From: Octopus sinensis
Taxonomy: Eukaryota
NCBI RefSeq assembly: GCF_006345805.1
Contig: NW_021824441.1
Span: forward strand, 1 to 18,702
Direction: 5' to 3'
Length of the DNA stretch: 18,702 nucleotides
Part shown: one piece after another, positions 1 through 9,397 of the stretch
Layout: each line of letters begins with the position of its first letter
How positions within the stretch are numbered: the stretch's first letter is position 1
Notes under the pieces: model-generated
What the model saw: the letters and a program-made list of their open reading frames with translations, nothing else
What the model was told of the DNA's origin: nothing
Database searches by the model: none
Translations under genes and position numbers: made by a program

Positions 1-116
1 AAAAGATTTATTTTTATCCTCATAGCTGTTTTTTGATAAATAAAGTTATCATTTGTTGTTATTACATATTTTTTTTTATAAATCTGTCCTCAAATATCTT
101 ACGCACTCTGTATATT

Positions 117-532
117 TTTTACTCTAATACATGTTTCAGTCATTTGACTGTGGCCATGCTGGAGCACCGACTTTAGTCGAGCAAATCGACCCCAGAACTT
201 ATTCTTTGTAAGCCTAGTATTTATTCTATCGGTCTCTTTTGCCGAACCGCCAAGTTACGGGAAAGTAAGCCCACCAGCACCGGTTGTCAATTGATATTGG
301 GGGAACAAACAGACACACAAACATACACACACACACACACATACATATATACATATATACATATATACATATACGACAGGCTTCTTTCAGTTTCCGTCTA
401 CCAAATCCACTCACAAGGTTTTGGTCGGCCCGAGGCTATAGTAGAAGACACTTGCCCAAGGTGCAACGCAGTGGAACTGAACCCGGGACCATGTGGTTGG
501 TAAGCAAGCTAATTACCACACAGCCACGCCTG
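117..532 (-). mobile_element. tRNA-derived SINE, family A, near full-length copy
   Basis: The minus strand starts CAGGCGTGGCTGTGTGGTAAT (A-box-like TGGCTGTGTGG) and has B-box-like GGTTCAGTTCC, an internal TA/TG microsatellite and the 3' end GCTCCAGCATGGCCACAGTCAAATGACTGAAACA with a degraded A-rich tail. It is colinear with the copies at 5462 and 6089. Possible weak TSD TATATT at 111-116 and 533-538. Confidence 0.93.
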
Positions 533-640
533 TATATTGGGAAATGTCACGTTATATATTTAGCCCAATAGTAAAGTGAAAGTTTATTCAATAGTTGATA
601 AGCTGAGTTAAATATTAAAATTGTCCATGGAAAACGTTGG

Positions 641-682
641 CAGTGACTTCGAAGTTTCTTGTTGCTCTCCTTCGTCACACTG
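641..682 (-). ncRNA. Degenerate minimal type I hammerhead-ribozyme-like motif
   Basis: The minus strand reads CAGT-GTGACGA-AGGAGAGCAACAA-GAAA-CTTCGAAG-TC-ACTG. Stem I is CAGT/ACTG, stem III is the perfect palindrome ACTTCGAAGT, and the triplet is GUC. The core has G for C3 and stem II cannot pair. Confidence 0.45.
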
Positions 683-689
683 AGTGTTT

Positions 690-858
690 TTATATATATA
701 CATACGTGTGTGTGTGCGTGTGTGTGTATTCAAATATAACGCCATCAACATTTTGGATTGTAAAACTTGCATCTCTTTTGAAGTGTTTATTAGTTCATAT
801 TGTCCGCTTCTTAAGTTTCTTAACACAAAAACTGTCCCTGCATGTATACACACACACA

Positions 859-932
<74 letters not shown>

Positions 933-1180
933 CGTATGTGTGTGTGTACGTGTGTGTGTATAATATATATATATACATTTATACACACACACACATATAT
1001 ATGTATATATTTATACACATATTTATACACATACACATCTATTCATATATATATATATAATTATACGTATGTATAATATATATACACTATATATATATAC
1101 ATCTATATATATATATATGTGTGTGTGTGTTATAAATGTATATATATATGTATGAATATATATATATACATATATATAAT

Positions 1181-1256
<76 letters not shown>

Positions 1257-1258
1257 TA
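690..1258. repeat. Compound (TA)n/(CA)n/(TG)n dinucleotide microsatellite block
   Basis: Direct reading; long TA runs at ~885-930 and ~1170-1258. Confidence 0.97.
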
Positions 1259-1269
1259 TGTTTTGCTGA

Positions 1270-1540
1270 TATCAGCACACCACCCTGGCGCATTACCACC
1301 GCCAACAACAAAACAACAACAACATCGACTGCGACACCCTCCTCCACGCCTGTCGTAGTCTAACTGATGTTTCTAAGACGGCAAAATGGCGCACGTGCTG
1401 CGGCTGACGTAGAAGTATGTGCGGTCACGTGCGCTCTTTGTTGACATTAAGGTTTCGACCACAGGAAGTGGGCGTGTGGAGCGGGTGGGGAGTCGTTATG
1501 CAACAAATGACCTCAACAAGGCGCCACCTGTCTTGAACAC
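1270..1540. promoter_or_regulatory. CpG-retaining unique island with clustered TF-like motifs (candidate promoter/enhancer)
   Basis: YY1-like AAAATGGCG 1383-1391, E-boxes CACGTG 1392-1397 and GTCACGTG 1424-1431, CRE-like TGACGT 1405-1410, ETS-like CAGGAAGTG 1462-1470, KLF/Sp-like GGGCGTG 1470-1476, partial CTCF-like site 1521-1534 (-). Confidence 0.35.
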
Positions 1541-1579
1541 TTTAAACAAATTCATAGTCTGTTCATTTACTCGTGTTGT

Positions 1580-1871
1580 TGCGGTTGTTGATAGTGATAG
1601 GGGTAATAGGGTGCTCAGTTGTTGTTGTTGTTGGTATTGGTATTATTACAATTGTTATCATCATCACCATCATCATTATTATTACTACTACTACTACTAC
1701 TACTACTATACTACTACTATATTATTATTATTATTATTATGATTATTATTATTATTATTATCATTATTATTATTACTTCTACTACTACTACTACTGCAAC
1801 TACTACTACTACAACTATTATCATTATCATCATCATTATTATTATTATTATTATTATTATCATCATTATTA

Positions 1872-1938
<67 letters not shown>

Positions 1939-2200
1939 GCTGCTACTACTACTGCTACTACTGCTACTACACTACTGCTGCTACTATTATTATTATTTGC
2001 CTTGTTGATGGTGATGTTTTAGCTGTTATTGCCCTTGCTGTTGTTGTCATCGTCGTCGTCATCGTTGCTGCTGCTGCTGCTGCTACTGCTGCTACTGCGA
2101 TGTTGTTGAGATTGTGGCTGTTGTCCTTGCTATGGCTGTTGCTGGTACTGTTCTTCATGTTGCTGTTGTTGTCTTTATTGATATCAATGATACTGCTATT
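1580..2200. repeat. Compound trinucleotide microsatellite (GTT/TAT/CAT/TAC/GCT)
   Basis: Direct reading. Confidence 0.95.
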
Positions 2201-2344
2201 AATATCAACCTTCTTCCTTCCTTCTTTCTCTCCTTCTTTCCTTCCTTCTCTTTCTTTCTTTCTTCCTTCGTTTGATTAAGAAACTTGCTACCGTTGGCAA
2301 GAAGGGTGCCAAAAGGTGTCTTCGGTTAAATAAATAAATAACCA

Positions 2345-2663
2345 CAACCGCAACAACAACAACAATCGTAAGAAGAAGAAGAGAAGAAGAAGAAGAAGAA
2401 GAAGAAGAAGAAGAAGAAGAAGAAGAAATGATGATGATGATGATGATGATGAAGAAGAAGAAGAAGAAGAAGAAGATGATGATGATGATGATGATGATGA
2501 AGAAGAAGAAGAAGAAGAAGAAGAAGAAGAAGAAGAAGAGAAGAAGAAGAAGAAGAAGAAGAAGAAGAAGAAGAAGAAGAAGAACTGCAATAAAAATAAC
2601 GACACCAGCAAAAACAATCAATAATAATAATAATAAAAACAACAGCAATAACAACAATCAGTA

Positions 2664-2743
<80 letters not shown>

Positions 2744-2750
2744 TGTTTAT
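2345..2750. repeat. Compound trinucleotide microsatellite (CAA/GAA/GAT/AAT/GGT)
   Basis: Direct reading. Confidence 0.96.
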
Positions 2751-2974
2751 CAGCTGTAAGGACAAGGGCGATGTACCGGGGTATCTGTCTTGACTAACAT
2801 CTGCTTTGATATTTTGCTTATCAAACTTGATGCAATTAAAATGTCAAAAAGAAGAAAAAAAATCTGAAAGTCATTCGCAGTTTATTTTGAATTGATTTAT
2901 CTTTAATGTAAAAGCGGAAGAAGAGAACTGGTCACGTGCACACCTTCCATTCGCTGGCAAACTACTTCTAGCTA

Positions 2975-3006
<32 letters not shown>

Positions 3007-3493
3007 GTTCTTGTTGATGATGATGATGATGAGATGATGATGATGATGATGATAATAATAATAATGATGATGATGATGATGGTGGTGGTGATGGTGGTGG
3101 TGATGGTGATGTTACTATTATCATCATCGTCATCGTCATCGTCATCGTCCTTATAATTATCAATGTTGTTGCTGCTGTTGTTCTCCATCATCTTTTTGTG
3201 CTTCGTACTATTATTATTATCATTATTATTATTATTGTTGTTGTTGTTGTTGTTGTTGTTGTTAACTCGTCCTTTGATATTGTCCTCCATGTCTTGAGCC
3301 ATTGTGGCCGATAAAAGATTATTATTATTATTATTATTATTATTATCATCCTCATCATCATCAACATCATCGTCGTCATCATCATCATCATCATCATTAT
3401 CATCATCATCATCGTCATCGTCGTCATCATCATCCTCATCATCGTCGTCATTTTCATCGTCGTCGTCATCATCATCATCATCATCATAATAAT

Positions 3494-3534
<41 letters not shown>

Positions 3535-3606
3535 ATATTATTATTATCATTATTATAATTATTATCATCATCATCATCAATATTATTATTATTATTGTTG
3601 TTATTA

Positions 3607-3657
<51 letters not shown>

Positions 3658-3815
3658 TATTATTATTATTATTATTATTTAGCCCAGGATGGATAATTAT
3701 ATCATCCAATTGAGCGAATAAGAACATATATTTATATTATCTGAAGATGAGATGTGTTGGTGGTTGGCGTTTGGTGTTCGGTGGTGGATGGTGGTGGTGG
3801 TGGTGGTGGTGGTGG
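2975..3815. repeat. Compound trinucleotide microsatellites (TAT/GAT/GGT/CAT/GTT) with short unique interruptions
   Basis: Direct reading. Confidence 0.95.
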
Positions 3816-3880
3816 TTGGTAATTCAATTGGTGGAGGCCTGCTGGCAGGAGGACAGGTCCACCAACAGTAATATACTCAC

Positions 3881-3943
3881 TAGTTATAAATGACCCGACC
3901 CCGCCTCTGTTTAAACTCTCATAGATCAAGATCTTGGCCGACG
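3881..3943 (-). CDS. Candidate 63-nt symmetric (phase 1/1) internal exon of an unidentified gene
   Basis: Minus strand acceptor TGTCTATCTCAG| and donor |GTGAGTA; one open frame xSAKILIYESLNRGGVGSFIT. No homology recognised. Confidence 0.22.
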
Positions 3944-4369
3944 CTGAGATAGACAGATGACGCGCTTACCAGTTAGTGATGGGTAAAAATAAATATAAAA
4001 TAAAAATAAATGAGGGGTAAATTTCATTGAAAAATAAGATTCGCACTCTTCTACTTTGTAAATGACTCCGTTTTTTGTTTCATAGACTCCATCTGTGTAG
4101 ATTTGATTTTTTAAAACGCTTTTATTCCGATGTATTTTATTTATTCAACATTGATATCTGAATAATAGGGCTTATCTAGGTTTTTGTTAAGTGGCTGAGA
4201 GACATCTCTACCCTTATAAAGAGCGTTTAACTACTGCAAACTTTGCGTTCAACGACTGCATGTTAATTCATACGTAGCAAGTGCTCCCAGAGTGTTAGAC
4301 ATTTAAAGGGAATCTCTTGATAGCCTGAAACTGATCCGATCCTGATTTCTGTATTTAGTGAGCTCATCT

Positions 4370-4600
4370 CCCTCAGTCGAAGGAACGCCAATGAGGGAAC
4401 TTCTCTGTGATCAACTGACCTGTGAAAAATAACAGCCAAATCTCCCTCACATCACACCCAGTTGGTTAATGTGTTTCTAGATGCACCAAATCTGAAGAAA
4501 TTAAACGAGGAATGTTACAAGTAGGATGTCTTCAATCGAAGGTCGGCTCTATTATGGCTGACCCTAAACTAAACAACAACAAGAACAGCAACAACCACAA
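4370..4600 (+). mobile_element. Possible old SINE/LINE 3' fragment ending in a (CAA)n-like tail
   Basis: Complex segment ending GACCCTAAACTAAACAACAACAAGAACAGCAACAACCACAA. A related stretch (AATAACAGCCAAATCTCCC versus minus-strand AGTAACAACCAGATATTTCTCCC) recurs inverted near 4770-4795. Confidence 0.3.
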
Positions 4601-5461
4601 TGCTCACGTGTAAGGTATGAACATCTCATTTCCCAGCAGACCTGGCAACTGTATATTCAATGAGTACATCATGTGAAAATCTTTGACGTAACTTCTGTAT
4701 ATTAATTATACCTCTGCCACTGCTTCTTTGAACGTAGAACCTTCATACATATTAACAAGGAGGATACGCTGGGAGAAATATCTGGTTGTTACTGCCTCAG
4801 GCCACCTCTGTTTCTATGATGTAAGCTTCTTTTTTTAAAGTGATATAAATTAAAACCTATCAAAATCCCATGTTTATTTTTCCGAACACAAGATTAATTA
4901 TGACAAAGTTATTTTATTAAACTCTTCCTTATTAAGTGAGATGAAGGCAATGTGTTTCAACAAAAATATCACCACAAAGGGTTAATAGACGCTGTGCATA
5001 GCCTGTCCACATCTTTATTACATTAAATAATTACCTTTGTGCAAGATGCTGAAACAACCGACTGACTGACCGCTTTCCTAGACACCCTAATGCACTTCTC
5101 AGTTTTCATGACACAGGTGAAATAATACAATAATACAGGCACATTTTGCATGGCAAGTTTTAAATATAAATAGTTTAAAATTTTTAAATTTTGAAGAAAA
5201 AAAGAGGAAACTATTCTTTTCTTTGTTTTGTTTATGAAACATGGATCTCAGTAAAATTATGAACAACGCGTTTTTTCAAGACGTTTCAGTACAAGCATGG
5301 ATTTTGTAAATCAGTGGTTTACAAACTCTGAACTGTAAGTAATATCCAGGTGCATGATGAATCTTAGAATATATATTTTAAAGATTTAGAAAATTCATAT
5401 TAATGTTTGGAAATCTTTAAAATAATAACCGAGCTATTCGTAAATTTATCATGCACAAATA

Positions 5462-5871
5462 GGCGCAGGAGTGGCTGTGTGGTAAGTAGCTTGCTTACCA
5501 ACCACATGGGTCCGGGTTCAGTCCCACTGCGTGGCATCTTGGGCAAGTGTCTTCTGCTATAGCCTCGGGCCGACCAATGCCTTGTGAGTGGATTTGGTAG
5601 ACGGAAACTGAAAGAAGCCTGTCGTATATATGTATATATATAAGTGTGTGTGTATATGTTTGTGTGTCTGTGTTTGTCCTAGCAACATCGCTTGACAGCC
5701 GATGCTGGTGTGTTTACGTCCCCGTCACTTAGCGGTTCGGCAAAAGAGACCGATAGAATAAGTACTGGGCTTACAAAGAATAAGTCCCGGGGTCGATTTG
5801 CTCGACTAAAGGCGGTGCTCCAGCATGGCCGCAGTCAAATGACTGAAACAAGTAAAAGAGTAAAAGAGTAA
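5462..5871 (+). mobile_element. tRNA-derived SINE, family A, full-length copy
   Basis: Head GGCGCAGGAGTGGCTGTGTGGTAAG, B-box GGTTCAGTCCC, internal TA/TG microsatellite, 3' stem-loop CAGTC-AAAT-GACTG and tail (GTAAAAGA)2. Confidence 0.95.
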
Positions 5872-5958
5872 ATGTCATTAATAAAAGAAGTCAAACAACA
5901 GGTTTTATTAGTTTATCTAAATTTTTAACTCTAAAACATGGTCGTTTGTTTCTTAACT

Positions 5959-6085
5959 AGTACGCCAGTAACTTTGAACTTTCCCAACAAAGTATGACAA
6001 TGACTTTCAACTTACCTTATAGAGTACGCCAGTAACTTTTAACTTCCATACAAAGTACGCCAGTAACTTTTAACTTTCCATACAG
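5959..6085 (+). repeat. 31-32-bp minisatellite, 4 units (consensus AGTACGCCAGTAACTTTTAACTTTCCATACAA)
   Basis: Units start at 5959, 5991 (diverged), 6023 and 6054. Confidence 0.9.
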
Positions 6086-6088
6086 TGT

Positions 6089-6314
6089 ATTCTCTTTCTC
6101 TTTTTTCTCTCTTTTACTTGTTTCAGTCATTTGACTGCGGCCATGCTGGAGCACCGCCTTTTAGTCGAGCAAATCGACCCCAGGACTTATTCTTTGTAAG
6201 CCCAGTACTTATTCTATCGGTCTCTTTTGCCGAACCGCTAAGTGACGGGGACGTAAACACACCAGCATCGGCTGTCAAGCGATGTTGCTGGGACAAACAC
6301 AGACACACAAACAT

Positions 6315-6361
<47 letters not shown>

Positions 6362-6529
6362 CATATATACGACGGGCTTGTTTCAGTTTCCGTCTACCAA
6401 ATCCACTCACAAGGCTTTGGTTGGCCCGAGGCTATAGCAGAAGACACTTGCCCAAGATGCCACGCAGTGGGACTGAGCCCGGAACCATGCGGTTGGTTAG
6501 CAAGCTACTTACCACACAGCCACTCCTGC
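6089..6529 (-). mobile_element. tRNA-derived SINE, family A, full-length copy inverted relative to 5462-5871
   Basis: The reverse complement aligns to 5462-5871 with about 11 differences over ~370 non-microsatellite nt; AG-rich tail at 6089-6115. Confidence 0.95.
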
Positions 6530-7314
6530 TGGTATGCTGGTAAGTTTTAGCATTCCATACGTATCTTTTCCTTAAGATTAGGGCAAGGGATTTTGTAACA
6601 TTTGCAACTCTGAACTCCATATTCTCTTCTCTAAGAATCACCTTGTTAACACACTCATAGAGAGATCTTACAAATGTAAACACTGGCAGAAACATACCTT
6701 TAACTCATATAAGTGATTTCGCCAGTCTTTATAGTTTGAACATTTAGTTTAACTGGCACTTTACTTCAATAGAGAAGTCTACTTCCAAGCCTTTGAACAT
6801 TTTTTCAATCAACGAATCCCCCTTTATTTGTTCTCTACTTATTATTTCTTTAACCCTTCTCTTCCTACTATCTGCCTTTGACGTCGAATCTACTAACGGT
6901 TTTTTTTAAATACTTAATAACGTTCTGTTTATCATTTAGGCAGTCATCGTAATTGTTATAATGTCTTGTTGTTGAGATAGGCTCTCTTTCTTTCCTGATG
7001 AGAAGATTGTATTTTACACCGTTTATTCCTTTGGAATAAAACCATGTTGTCTTCGAAACATATGTCGAAAGTAAAAGAATTTTAATAACATCTTCGTTCA
7101 ACTCCATTTATTTACTTATAATATTCAAATTACTGCACATTAACCCGGAGTTTCTACCTTTGAATAGGTGGCTTCATCCGTGTTACTTGCGTGAATTTTG
7201 CTACCCTGGTAACTGTTTATTGAATTTTCCATGTTAACGGTAAACAAAGGATAATTCATTCATCCATTTAAATATATATATATATATATTATATATATAT
7301 AATATATATATATA

Positions 7315-7502
7315 GGGAAAGTTTACGAAAAAAACAAAAGACGAAGACAGGTGGTGTACAAAACAACAGATGTATTAGTATAACGCTCAGGAATAGAAAA
7401 AGTATTTTACGTTTCGAGCCTACGCTCTTCTACAGAAAGGTACACAGAGAAACAAGGAAAGAAAAAATGTGTGTAGTGGCTAACGATCTATCATGGCGAC
7501 TG
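7315..7502 (-). mobile_element. Short non-coding unit between two (TA)n tracts carrying a hammerhead-like motif (PLE pseudo-LTR/retrozyme-like)
   Basis: ~188 bp of complex sequence bounded by (TA)n at 7272-7314 and 7503-7542; contains the motif at 7402-7443. Confidence 0.55.
7402..7443 (-). ncRNA. Minimal type I hammerhead-ribozyme-like motif with non-canonical core
   Basis: The minus strand reads GTAccTTT-CTGTAGA-A-GAGC(GTAG)GCTC-GAAA-CG-TA-AAATAC. It has a perfect 4-bp stem II, palindromic ACGT stem III, GUA triplet and bulged stem I. The core has A6>U and an extra A after A9. Confidence 0.6.
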
Positions 7503-7538
<36 letters not shown>

Positions 7539-7542
7539 ATAT

Positions 7543-8150
7543 AACAGCCAACTCCTGCCAGAAAACATTGGCGGGCATCCTAACATCTGCAAGAGACAGG
7601 CAGCTACTGGTGGATCTTCAGCGTCAGCTGAAGTTCCCTGACCACATTGTGGTCACCATCCTGCGACCAGACATACATTGTCTTTGTATCTGAGTCCACC
7701 AAGCAAGTGGTGCTGCTTGAGCTGATTGTCCCATAGGAAGATCGCCTGAAAGAAGCTTTTGAGAGGAAGCTCTCCAAGTACGAGGGTCTGGTCAGTGGCT
7801 GCCGGCTGGCTGGCTGGAGAGCGAAGTGTCTCCCAGTGGAAGTTGGATGCAGGGGTTTCGCAGCCTGTTCCCTGACCAGAACCTTCAGCAGTTTGGGCAT
7901 TGAGGGAGTGAGGAGTAAGGCTATTCGCAGTACCACTGATGCGGCAGAGAGGGCCTCATGATGGCTGTGGACCAAAAGAGGAAAGCCATGGGGTAGCTAG
8001 CTGGCCATCTGGACACAAGCTGGAGTCTGATCAGCTCCAGCTGGGTCACCCGGAGGAGGGTGTATGATGTTGAAAGACCCGAAACAACCGATGATACCAG
8101 GCACATCACTGAAGATGTGTCCAGATGCATCAGTCATTGATGTATGTACA
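7543..8150 (+). mobile_element. 3' fragment of a HERO-like RLE non-LTR retrotransposon (endonuclease domain + 3'UTR), pseudogenised
   Basis: Translates ...ILTSARDRQLLVDLQRQLKFPDHIVVTILRPDI/VFVSESTKQVVLLELIVP*EDRLKEAFERKLSKYEGLVSGCRLAGWRAKCLPVEVGCRGF...AERAS*WLWTKRGKPWGS*, with RLE motifs RPD..E..K..KY. Lesions: ACAT duplication at 7671-7678 and stops at 7734 and 7959. The terminal stop is at 7998-8000. Flanked by (TA)n on both sides. Confidence 0.88.
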
Positions 8151-8156
8151 CAACAA

Positions 8157-8394
8157 TATATATATATATATATTCACACACACACGCACACACAAACACA
8201 CACACGCATATATATATATTCACATATATATATGTGTATGTATATATATATATATATGTGTGTGTGTATGTATTCACATATATATGTGTGTATGTATGTA
8301 TATATGTATGTGTGTATGTATGTGTGTATGTATGTATGTATGCATGTATGTATGCATGCATGCATGTATGCATGCATGTATGTATGTATGTATG

Positions 8395-8425
<31 letters not shown>

Positions 8426-8443
8426 GTATGTATGTATGTATGT
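8157..8443. repeat. Compound (TA)n/(CA)n/(TATG)n microsatellite
   Basis: Direct reading. Confidence 0.96.
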
Positions 8444-8600
8444 GTCGTCGTGGCAATCCCTCTTTCTTCAGAGAATGAAGGTCTTCGTTTTAGTCCATGT
8501 TGGGTTGTTGGCGCACTCGAAGGTGACCTATGAGTCCATTTTGGGACTTGAAGAATCTTCTGCAAGTTGAGCAAAATGTTCTTTGAGAGAGATCTAAACT
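8444..8600 (-). mobile_element. 3' end of an RTE-like LINE (C-terminal C2H2-like finger, short 3'UTR, simple-repeat tail)
   Basis: A minus frame not in the ORF track reads FCSTCRRFFKSQNGLIGHLRVRQQPNMD* (Cys at 8571-8573 and 8562-8564, His at 8523-8525, second His read as Arg, stop 8490-8492). It is followed by a 46-nt UTR ending ACGACGAC and then (CATA)n. Confidence 0.7.
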
Positions 8601-8681
8601 GGGTTAAGGTTGTGTGTGTATAGTAACCAAAACAACTTATAGTGTGTGTGCGTATGTGTGTGGTGTGTGTGTGTGGTGGAG

Positions 8682-8843
8682 GTGTCTGTGTTTGCGGATG
8701 CGTCCCACAGCTGCTTCGCAGCCGGCGCTGTTTTTTTTACGCCTCCGTACCGTACCAGAATAAGTACTAGGCTGAAGAAAAGTTACTAAAAACTATTCAA
8801 AGTGGTCATGGCCGTAGTCTAATGACAGAGATGAGTAAAAGAG
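8682..8843 (+). mobile_element. Degenerate 3' half of a family A SINE
   Basis: GTGTCTGTGTTTG..., AGAATAAGTACTAGGCT and CATGGCCGTAGTCTAATGACAGAGATGAGTAAAAGAG match the family A 3' part. Confidence 0.75.
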
Positions 8844-8847
8844 GAAC

Positions 8848-8908
<61 letters not shown>
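8848..8908. repeat. (GATA)n microsatellite
   Basis: Direct reading. Confidence 0.97.
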
Positions 8909-9313
8909 GCGGACTAACAGATGAATTACATACAAACATGAGTATCCCCAATCGCCAAACCACCATACGTACATACATCCTATCTACGTAGCTATGTATG
9001 TATGTATGTATGCATGTATGTATGTATGTGGGTGTATATCCGTATGGATGTGTGTGTTTGCGTGTGATAAAAGACAGTTGATACGAGAAACACGGGGCGA
9101 GTAACACTCTTACATGCCCATCACATCTAAATCCTAGCTTTATACGCAGACCACGATACAACTCACACACGCATGTTATAGTTTACGGCCACCGAGCAGA
9201 TGGCGTTAATATAATGGTCAGTTTTTTTTTTGACAGCAGTCCAATATCAAGTCTCTATGTATATATCAGTTGTAAACCTTCCCATCCATAATTAAACGAA
9301 ACATATACACCCA

Positions 9314-9356
<43 letters not shown>

Positions 9357-9397
9357 TATATATATACACAAACACACACATATTTATATGTGTATAT

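Noticed and set aside
226-571. ORFs over SINE copies (also 6085-6695 and 16737-17042)
   Set aside because: They are incidental frames through a non-coding SINE; the same pseudo-peptides recur in each copy.
608-3727. Many 60-180 aa ORFs rich in Y/I/H/T/L/S/M
   Set aside because: They are translations of di- and trinucleotide microsatellites that lack stops in some frames; there is no domain content.
5959-6085. CRISPR-like array
   Set aside because: The units are directly adjacent with no unique spacers, the context is eukaryotic and there are no cas genes.
6540-7260. Possible decayed coding sequence on the A-rich minus strand (79-aa and 87-aa ORFs)
   Set aside because: About 11 stops in ~245 codons and no recognisable motif; cannot be separated from chance without BLASTX.
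8085-8135. CTGAAGA with an upstream GAAA in the HERO-like 3'UTR as a type II hammerhead
   Set aside because: No stem III with an NUH site and no stem II could be built; CTGAAGA overlaps the loop of a simple hairpin.
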